Shown: positions 1 through 9,795 of the stretch, piece after piece
Layout of the letters: each line of letters opens with the position of its first letter
Position numbering within the stretch: the first letter of the stretch is position 1
NCBI RefSeq assembly: GCF_009914755.1
Contig: NC_060942.1
DNA from: the human T2T-CHM13v2.0 reference genome, Homo sapiens
DNA length: 64,000 bases
Reading direction: 5' to 3' (one strand)
Made by a program: the position numbers and the translations under genes
Notes under the pieces: generated by a model
Seen by the model: the letters and a program-made list of their open reading frames with translations, nothing else
Told to the model about the DNA's origin: nothing
Database searches by the model: none

Positions 1-330
1 TGTTTCCATCTGTTACCTGCCTCTGGAATGCCCTTCCTTACATAGCCTCAGCCACACACACCTACTTGTGAGCTAGCCAAGTGTCATTCATCTTTTAAGA
101 GCATCTCTAACATAACCTCCTGGGGAAGTGTGTTATTTGATGACCTCCTACACCAATCTCTTCCCCGCTTGCAGAGACCCAGTTAGTCTGTGCTTTCATG
201 TTCCTATTCATCTTCATATTCTTGGTGCTTGGCATTGTAGGTATGAGTGATAATTGTAAGTTCTTGGGGTAGATGCGTGGGTGGATGGATAGATGGATGG
301 ATACATGGAAGAGTGAATGAATGAATGAAT
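1..330 (+). mobile_element. L2 3' end fragment with (TGGA)n/(TGAA)n tail
   Basis: L2-type terminus (tgcttggcattgtagg...) followed by tggatggat/tgaatgaatgaat repeats. Confidence 0.55.
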
Positions 331-962
331 AAAGCCTTTATGTAATTGTAAAAACATGGTATTGCAGGAAATATTCCATATTGTAAGTACTTTTTGACTA
401 AAACTTTATGCTATGGCTGGTCTGTTCCTTTCCTCTACCCTGCCTGGGTCTATTAGTAGTGATTCATTTCCAATCAATAATGATTCAATTTATCTGTAGA
501 AGTCACTTAAGTAATTCAGTTATGTCTACCACATAAATAACACAAGTCTTGACCTGGCTGGCTGGCTCTCGTGGTGACATAATCTACTTAACCCAATTAC
601 CAAATTGATCAAAGATCCCAAAACAGTTAATGAAGAAAAATAAGCCCTGATTTCTCTTTAAAAATAGATACTAAGAAAGCAATAGGAAAATCAGAGTAGT
701 CTAGAAATTCTGTGTCATCATGAGAGCACCCAGAAAATAAATTTAACTCAAGTAGTGCCAATACATTTTGAAAAATATTTCAGAGTAGCAGATCAAGATT
801 TACCAACTGACTTGATGATGAAAGATTTACACACTACCTTTTAAAATATTTGTCTCATTATTTTCTCTTTATATAAAATAAATGCAACTTTGTATTCATT
901 CCCTCTAATTTAAACCAGTCTTTCCAGAGGACTTGAGGGCACTGATAATGTATGTAAGATGA

Positions 963-1282
<320 letters not shown>

Positions 1283-1825
1283 AGGTGGAGTTCTGAAAGC
1301 AGAATTCGCATGTTCTCTTTGGTAGGTAAGAATTGTGCCTTCATTTCCTGCAAGATAGGGCCAGTGACTATGTTCCCTCAACCCTTCTTGCTAAGAGAAT
1401 GTCAGTCAGCATCTGCAAGGACTCATGAGGCTGCAGCTGTTTTCCTGTTCTGGTATGAAATTATCCTAGCAGCAATTTTGCCAGATAAGCAGCCAAGGCC
1501 ACAAGAAGCACTTTTCCTTTGTCCATGTTAAAGTTTTGCATAAATGTTTTGTTTTCTTGCCTTTCCTGATGGGTTTAAATGGAATATCTCCATATTTCGT
1601 AGTCCATGCAGCTGGTGGCACTTGGGGGCCAGTGTTTGTGAGGCCTCCCCAGGTAGGTTTCATCACATAAATTGAGTGTGACTTATCTCTCAGCAAAGGT
1701 TGTGAAAAACCTTTGGAATCCCTGGGTCCAGATTCTTTACTCTTGAGGGTTGAACTCAAATCGTACTTCTGGAAGGGCTGAGAGAGGACAGCTGACAAGG
1801 GAGAGTGAAAGACAGAGAAGGGAAC

Positions 1826-2030
1826 CAACATCTACTGAACATCTAGCATATGCTTAGTACTGGGATAGGTGTCTTAAAGATGTGATCTCATTTTAACTTC
1901 CCATCAACTCTTTGAGGAGATATTACTGGTCTCTGTTTTTCAAATTAGGAAATGGAAAAAGAGAGAAATTAAGGTGACACAGCCAGTAAATAGTAAATCA
2001 TAATCAAGCTCAAACTCAACTCTGTCTTAC
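1826..2030 (-). mobile_element. MIR
   Basis: Reverse MIR core (tctcattttaac...tgaggagatatta...ggtgacacagccagtaaatag). Confidence 0.55.
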
Positions 2031-2499
2031 TCTCTTTTGTCTACCACTCTGCTTCCCGTTTATTTAGAAAGTGCAATCTTTGTGCACTTGTGATTACATA
2101 TTTCACTATTCTCTAATGCCTTATTTATATGTATCCACTGACAAATTTACAAGGCAGAATGAAAAACTGAATTATCCTTCAACACATTGTAAGAGTAGTT
2201 GATGACAATAATTATACACACACACACATATATTAAGAAACAATAATTCTGCCTTAGTAATTTTGAACTACCTTAGTATTGTGCCTTAAGAATACATGTG
2301 ACTCCCTTCCTTATTATTTTCATCATCATCATTACATGCTAGTGATTATTTACCCTCTAGTGTACTAAATAGGTTTACGTAAAGCTACCATAAAGAAACA
2401 TAAATCAAATCCTACTTGTTTCTTTACATTTTACAAGAGGAATATATTTTGAATCTCATCAAACCTTTCATAAAAGAGAAATATAATAATTAAGGACCT

Positions 2500-2738
2500 A
2501 AATTCAGGAGCCAGATTTCCTGGGTTTGAATCCTGGCTTTGCCACCTCCTAGCCTGCGTAGGACGTGGGTAGCCTTGGGAAGTTACTACAGCCAGTTTCT
2601 TCAACTGTAACATGGAGCTGCCAGCAGTGATACTTATCTCACCTCAAAGGCTGCTGTGAGCCTCTCATGAGTTGATGTTCTGATGTCTTAAACAGAACCA
2701 GGGACATGGTAAATGTTCAATACATGTAGGCTGTTTTA
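2500..2738 (+). mobile_element. MIR
   Basis: ggagccagatttcctgggtttgaatcctggctttgccac...ccttgggaagttact...cagtttcttcaactgtaacatgg follows the MIR consensus. Confidence 0.75.
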
Positions 2739-3295
2739 TTTCTTTTGCATGTGAAAAAAACAGGTCTACAGTTCAGTGACTTTCTTGGGGTGTCATGTTG
2801 GTGGCAGAGTGGGTACTGACATCCAAGTCTCTCGATTCCCAGTTCAGTGCTGGGCACTGTATGACATCCAGAGTAGGACAGCACAGGAAACTGTAAGTTT
2901 CCCTCTATCTTTGCCCTTACTCCAGATAAACTGAAAATGCTGTCTACATGTCCACTCTCCAGTGTTGGGCAAGTTTCAAGCTTAGCTTCTCCAGGGCCAC
3001 CATTTACTCCACTGCCTGGCCAGCTGTCACAGCCCTGTGCTGTCATCCCCTAGCACACTGGATTCCAGCATTGTTTGGAATGCCAAAAATGTTAACAGAC
3101 TCTATCAAGTCTGAATTTTGAAATTCAGAAACTCTCAAATTTGAATCCTTTTTCATAACTCATTTGACCGCAAGACCTGTTCAGGCCTGAACTTTTTCAG
3201 TGACAAAACATCTGAACTGACATGAGGCTATTTATAATTTGTATTTGACCCTCATAGTGTGGGGGACACTGCCCCACATCCTGGGGCAGCAGGAT

Positions 3296-3790
3296 ACATA
3301 TCAGTCAGGGTCTTGGCAGAAAGAGATGGGGCACTCAGCCCAGGTGAATAAAGAGAGTTTATTAAAGGGACTATTTATAAAGGCATGGCTGGAGCGAAGG
3401 AATCCTTAATAAGGGATGCGGCAGAACAGCAGAAGGAGTGAGTACTACATGCACCAGGAGCTGTCACCACCCCAGGATCAGGAGGGCCAGGTAGAGGTAG
3501 GAGTTACCTAAATTTGGAGAAAGCAGCATAGCAGAGGGTTGCAGTCAGGAGTGATAGGTAGAAGGATCTAACGTGCAGCAAAATAGCAAAGAAGCCTGGG
3601 AAGTCAGTACCTAACCTTACTCCCTGTCCCTCTAGATCTTCTGCTGGTGCCTCTCTTTAGTGAACCGTCCCTGAAGCCAGAGGCAAGGGAGTTCATAGAT
3701 GCAGACCACACGGTGAGCCACCCAGGGTATCAAGCAGGGTAGTGAGGTTGGCAAGTGGATCTGGAGGCCCAATGGAAATAGCCTGCGTAG
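3296..3790 (-). mobile_element. ERVL solo LTR, LTR33-like
   Basis: tcagtcagggtcttggcagaaagagatggggcactca...gagagtttattaaagggactatttataaagg resembles the reverse of the recalled LTR33 consensus. Confidence 0.6.
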
Positions 3791-3874
3791 CATATTCTAT
3801 AACGTCCAATATATGCATTCTACCACCTTTCTAAAAGCCAAAAACTCGAGAATGCTTAAAAGAGTTGTATTTGA

Positions 3875-4219
<345 letters not shown>

Positions 4220-4292
4220 ACACGTCAACTTTTTTTTGGTTTGCAGTTTTAGTGCCATAGAGACTTATGAGTCATTTATAATAATGCTTTGG

Positions 4293-4969
4293 TATTGGGG
4301 CTCAGAAAACAATTTGGTATTGGGGCTCAGAAAACAAAATGAGGGTCTTGGGGTAGTCTCAAAGGCAAAAGTTTTGTTTTTTGTGTTTTTGTTTTTTTTT
4401 TTCCTGACCTTTTTGCTCCTAGTCTCCCAGTCTCATCTTCTAGCCATAGAAACTAGAATCTCTCTTTTTCAAGGTGGGTCATAGAAACCAGAACCTTTTT
4501 TTCCCCAAAGACGGCCATAAAACCTGAAAACATTACCCCACTTTTTCCTCCATTGTTCTGTGTAAAAATTGGCCATAAAGAAGTTATCTGACCTACTTGT
4601 TTGACTGCAGATTATAAGACCCCCATTCTAGAGAGAGTCCTGCCGCATACCCTGAAGGAAGAAATGCATGCTCAGAGAGGCCAAGAAGGATCAAGACAGA
4701 CAGGCTTTGCTGGGTTTCTCCACTTAGTTTCTTAGCATTAGATAATATTCTTTTTGTCCAATCATATTTCTGCATGGCTCTCCATACTGTGTTGAAACTA
4801 AGCATAAGAATTGACAATTTCCCATATACTTTTGGGTCTTCATTCTGAAGGATCCTGTGTTTACACATTAAATACATTTTTATGCCTTTTCTCCAATTAA
4901 TCTGATTTCTGTGAGTTAATTTTTCGGTGAAACTTCCGAGGGCAAAGAAGTTTCTCTTTGACCCTTACA
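4293..4969 (+). mobile_element. ERV1 solo LTR, MER39 family
   Basis: Starts tattggggctcagaaaacaa; contains tagccatagaaactagaatc, cagagaggccaagaag and gggtcttcattctgaagg; ends gacccttaca, matching the recalled MER39 consensus. Confidence 0.8.
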
Positions 4970-5014
4970 CTTGCCTACTCTGCAAGGTTGAAACTACTGC
5001 ACTAAAGAGTATTA

Positions 5015-5990
5015 TCTCGTTCATTGATTCACTCATTGATTCATATGTTCATTCTTTCAACAAATATTCCTTATTGAATGCCTGCTCTGCAAAACTCTAC
5101 AGGCTCTGGGCTATAAAGAGAAAAATGACCCTAGCCCTTCCAGTAGCTTACAATTTAGTAAAAGACACTAATTTTTTGGAAAATAGTAATACAATCTTGA
5201 GTTAGCAAGTAGTTTTCATCTCAAAGCTATCTTGCTGGTTTGGGGTTCTATTTTGAGGTAGCTTTCATGGCCATATCTGGGCTCAGTGGAAAAAAATGCT
5301 AAGATCTGTTAGCAACATCTGATGTGGGCGCAGCCGTGGAGAATGCACACAGCACAGTGTTTGGCTGACTGTGCTTTAATTACATGGTCGAATGGAATTA
5401 TTTATTACAATGAAAGTAAGAGCAATTTCCACAGAAGGGCAGAAGGAAGGTTGCTTTGAATTAGGAACACCTGAGAGGCTTTATAGTGGTATATATAGAG
5501 TGTTTCAGGATTTCCAGACAAGAAATAATAGGTAGGGGCAAAGACAAAGTAAGATCACAGGACAGGCTGGTGTAAGTGGGCCACAGGGCCTTTGGGGTGA
5601 TGAAGTACTCGGTGATCAAAATAGATTAAGGAGAGGCCATACGAAGGAGTTTGGACTTCAATTTGCAGCAAGTGAGTTACAATCGAGGGCTTTTGAGAAG
5701 AGGATGTTCTGCATTTTAGGAAAATCACCCAAACAGCATTTTGAAGGGGGTGGGGCTTAAGAGGAAGCTGATGGAAAGTAATCTTTGTGAAGGAAGGATT
5801 GCAGCCACCTAGTCAGGAGATGGTGACGAGAAGGCAAAGACATTAGCAGTAGGAATTCAAAGAATGGTTGGCAGACATTTTGAGGAAGAAATGACAGATT
5901 TGATCATCGATTGGAGGGAGGAGTCCAAAGTGAAACCAGGGTGTCTACAATGTGAATTCACAAGAGGAGGAGGGCTCCGTAGCTGGCAGG
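5015..5990 (-). mobile_element. L2 fragments
   Basis: (TCAT)n-like tail plus caacaaatattccttattgaatgcct (reverse L2 3' end), then L2 body pieces such as aaggagtttggactt. Confidence 0.6.
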
Positions 5991-6609
5991 ATGGGGCGTT
6001 ACTGCAACGCGGGGCATCTAGAGGCCGTGTTATGGTCAAAATGGTTACAAGAAAAGACCCTGCAGGTATTTCATATTGTGAGTCTGTAGTTTAGAAAAAT
6101 AAAAGAAGAATGTTCCATGCCCAGAAAAAGTTCCACTACTATAATTCCTTATGGTAATTCTAAAATTCTGTAAGATAAAAATTACAAGCTTTTATGAGGT
6201 TTGGTGCCAAAACTTATTGGGTGATAAACCTAACCTGAACAAATGTGAGGCTATCTATAGACTTTATCCTACTCAAAGTCAATATTCATTTTTTTTGTTG
6301 CAGAAATAATACACTTAAATGTACAGTACTGTCCCAAATTTACTGGGCTGAGGGTTTTTATATTAAATGGTGCATGTATCAAATTATCATTTAAAAATAA
6401 AAAGTGGATATAATTTCTGAAATGTATCTGTTCCCAAGGTTTTAGATGAAGAATTGTGGATATATATATCAATACCTACAGTGGTTTTTTAACTTCACAT
6501 TTTAAGAAGGTATTGTCTTAGTTTTATGCATTGGCATAAAGCACAGTAAATAAACAGATGCCTCTTTTTATCTGAAAATTTTGGAGAATAAAGCATTCTT
6601 TGTATGTGT

Positions 6610-7050
6610 CTTTTCCATACACTCATGCTTAGTAAGTTTCTTTGTCCATAAAATTGGGATAATAATACTACCTACCTCATAGAATTGTTTAAACAGCTAA
6701 TGTACACCATCTAACACATAAGTATGTTAGCAAATTTAGTCATTATTATCTCAACCCTTTAATTAATAAAACATTTTTAAAAAGCATTTTGGATGAAAAA
6801 CTTGTTTTCCCAACCTCTGAAAGTGCAATGAAAATAAATGTGTCCCTTCTTGTTGAATGTAAAGAGCAAAGAGTACCCCCATTTCTTGAAAACCTAATAT
6901 GTACTTGTTGCTTTAATCCCACGAGATGAACGTTATTTTCCCCATTTCACAGATGCAGCAACAGAGATTCCGAGATGTTAAGTAGCATGATCAAGTTGCC
7001 CTCCAGTAAGGGATAGATTAACTTGTCTTTCCACTTCATCTAGCTCCTAG
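6610..7050. mobile_element. Two MIR fragments in opposite orientation (~6610-6750 +, ~6900-7050 -)
   Basis: taaaattgggataataatactacctacctcatagaattgtt on +; ttattttccccatttcacagatgcagcaacagag on -. Confidence 0.65.
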
Positions 7051-7857
7051 AGATGCACGGAAGAGACAGCAGATAAAACACATTGTCCGTGTGAGTAAAA
7101 CATTCACGTGGGCCTCTTCCTAGGCATACTTCTGGTTACTTTTTAATCAGCTATAAGAATGTTGTTTTTCCATTTGTGCTATTAGTCCTATGTGGATAAG
7201 GACATACTTCAGACTCAAGATTTCTAAAGATGCCCCTTTTTATCTACCTCGAACCAGTCCCTACATCGTCCCCCACCAACAGTAACTTCTGGAAATAACA
7301 TCCATTTGGCTTATAATAATAAAGTCTAATTTTCAGACAAGCTGCAAACGGTATCTGTTAATGTGATCATGATTGGGAGGAGGAAAGGGATGTGAGAGTG
7401 AGGTAAGAGTCTGGTAGTGGCGCACTGAGGGTGTGGGAGGGAAGCGTTCCCTCGCTGTAAAAGGGGATTACCTGACCCAAAAGGAAATCAAGTTTATTGT
7501 AACTTGACTAAGTAAACAGCAATGTAATCCAGTTCTTCAATTTTTGATGTGGATGCTTTAAATGAGAGAGTATCACATTTTCTCCTTTTCTTCCCCAGAG
7601 CACACATATCAAACCCGGCCTCTCTCCTCAGCCTGAGGTATGGTTTCTTAGTCTCACTCCTCGCAGCCAGGCAGGAAATGTTCCCAGCCACAGGATAAGC
7701 CTCCAGTTGGAAGAGGGCTGGGAGGGGGAGTGAGAAAAGGAAAAAAAAAGAAACAAAGAAAAACAAACTTTACTAGAGCCGCTAGCAGGAGCCCCAAAGG
7801 ATCCCGGCCGGTTTCCAGTTTCCTAGAAGCGGGGATCACACCTCCCCGCGCACTCCC

Positions 7858-8081
7858 GACACATGCGCACACACACAGACACACAGGCGCGCGCACACAG
7901 GCACACACATGGACACACGGGCGCGCACACACAGGCACAAACACACAGGCGCGCGCACACACAGGCGTGCACACGTACACAGGCACACAAACAGGCACAC
8001 AGACACGCACACACAGACACAGGCACAGACGCACGCACACACACAGGCACACAAACAGGCACACACACACACACACACGCA
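7858..8081. repeat. Degenerate (CA)n/(CG)n compound repeat immediately upstream of the GC boxes
   Basis: ~220 bp of CACACAGGC, GCGCGCAC and CACAAACAGGC units ending in a pure (CA)n run. Confidence 0.9.
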
Positions 8082-8292
8082 CTATGCCCGCCCCCACTCC
8101 AGCCCGTGGGCGTGGTTCCCAGCGTCTGCGAATTCGCGCGCCCGGGGCGGGGCGGGCCTGCCCGGGGGCCCCTGACAGCCGCGGGAGAGAGCGGCTGGTC
8201 GCACCTCGGGCCGCGCCGCCCAGCTGCTGACAGCCTCCCGGCGCGCCGGTCCATGCTGGTCCCGGTCTTTGTTCTGGGGCCGGCGCCGAGAC

Positions 8293-8304
8293 ATGCGCGG
8301 CTGA
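8293..8304 (+). promoter_or_regulatory. Minimal uORF (ATG CGC GGC TGA; Met-Arg-Gly-stop)
   Basis: Read directly from the sequence; out of frame with, and ending 2 nt before, the main ATG at 8307. Confidence 0.6.
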
Positions 8305-8306
8305 CG

Positions 8307-8428
8307 ATGGAGGTGGAGGACTCGGGCGGCGTGGTGCTGACCGCCTACCACTCGTACGCGCGCGCCCAGCCCCCCAACGCCGAGTCGCGCTGCGCGCCCC
8401 GCGCCGCAGCCAGCCACCCGCTCAGCAG
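8307..8428 (+). CDS. ARHGAP28: ARHGAP28 first coding exon (N-terminal 40 codons + 2 nt; CDS continues outside the window)
   Basis: ATG at 8307 in strong Kozak context (ctgacgATGg: A at -3, G at +4). Translation MEVEDSGGVVLTAYHSYARAQPPNAESRCAPRAAASHPLS-R matches the recalled N-terminus of human ARHGAP28. Ends at donor CAG|GTACCC (8428/8429), phase 2, inside a CpG island. Confidence 0.93.
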
Positions 8429-8700
8429 GTACCCGGAGCCGCTCCCACCAGGGCGGCGCAGTCGCGCTGGGCTTGGGGGGTTCGCCGTGCAGCTGCGCCT
8501 TCTGCCTGAGCGCACGACCGCCGTCACTGGATGTTGTTTCAAGTTTTGGTGGACTAGATGAGTGAGCCTGGGGTTCTTTGCATTGTCTTTGACTGGAGGT
8601 GGGAAACGCTCGAAGGCTCCACCAGCCTGGGCTGAAGTCGTTGGCTAGCAGAGATTAGCAGCAGGATTACATTCTTGATACGATTTGAGGATAAGTCATG

Positions 8701-8720
8701 TATATATATATATATATATA
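8701..8720. repeat. (TA)10 microsatellite
   Basis: Directly visible. Confidence 0.95.
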
Positions 8721-9756
8721 CCTCATTTCGGCCAAAGTTGCCTATAAAACATCGGGAAATTAAAAAATATTCCAAATGAAACACAAGCAGCACATGAAAA
8801 GAAAACAGTAAATGAATAACCCTAAATCCTCAGAATACTCCTTTTGAGAGCTTGTTCAGTAACTGCATGCCTGGTTTAAAATTTAGGTTGAGAAATTCTC
8901 TAAAAAGTACACCTCAATAGACTTTTAAAGACAATTTTATTTCTACATGTTAAAACCTTTCAATTGTATAAAGGCATTGGTGTCATTATTTGATTACTGC
9001 TAATGTCAACTCTATGCTGTCAATGCAATTATATTTCCTTTTGGTCAAAAGAAGTCTATAAGCATCTCATCCTGTACATTTCAGATTTAATCAAGGATCT
9101 ATGTTAAATTACTCTATCAGTGATCATCCATTTGATGCAAGATCAAGGCCAATGAGACTTTCATTAACTGAAACAAAAACGTTTAAGTGGGTAGGCAAAC
9201 GTCTTATGATGAGTGAGATGGTTAGATATTTGATACATATTTGGGGGAAGTTTTATTTGTGTAAATGTGACTATCTGATCCACTGACGAGTGCTTTTCTT
9301 TACAAGGGGGCAGTTTGAGTGGTGTGTTTTCATCATGTTTATTTTTAATCATTTCTTTTATCTCATACTTTTAACTTTAGTTGTGCGATAATTACTTCTG
9401 TTTCCTAATTTAATTGATTGTGATTTTAACTGATTTCCTAATTAACAGATTGTGACTTTATTTCAAGGAATATCTTTTTGGCTAGTATCCATGAGAAGAA
9501 CAAAGTACATTGGCAAGAGATCTATGTTGGGCTTGGCTAACAAAGAAAATGTTGTTTCTTTCAAAAACAGCAGGTTGAGTGAAATCTCATTTTTATATAA
9601 AGACAGTGGGAAAATAACATTTTTTTCCAGCTTTAGGAGTTGTGCATATACTTTTAAAGGCTGCTCGAAGATATAAACTGGCATTTGTCTTTAGGGTATT
9701 TTCTTTTCTAAACATAATTATTGGCTGTAAGTACTCAGATTATGACTAACTAAATA

Positions 9757-9795
9757 AATATATATATGTGTGCGTGTGTGTGTGTGTGTGTGTGT
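9757..9795. repeat. (TA)n(TG)n compound microsatellite
   Basis: atatatatatgtgtgcgtgtgtgtgtgtgtgtgtgtg. Confidence 0.9.

Larger units (their letters stand above)
7785..8650. promoter_or_regulatory. CpG island / TATA-less promoter of ARHGAP28
   Basis: The only strongly CpG-dense, GC-rich stretch in the window. Contains tandem GC boxes GGGGCGGGGCGGG (8144-8156), GGGCGTGG (8108-8115) and GCCCGCCCCC (~8086), and encloses the first coding exon. Confidence 0.9.

Noticed and set aside
2500-2560. tRNA-like B-box (gggtttgaatcc)
   Set aside because: It is the tRNA-derived head of a MIR SINE; no cloverleaf can be formed.
7654-8306. Overlapping long ORFs (VCVC-, HTHT-, THTQ-rich), including the 232-aa ORF from 7863 in frame with ARHGAP28
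   Set aside because: They stay open only because CA/GT repeats and GC-rich DNA lack stop codons. The ATG at 7863 lies upstream of the GC boxes and so probably upstream of the TSS. Only 8307-8428 matches a known protein.
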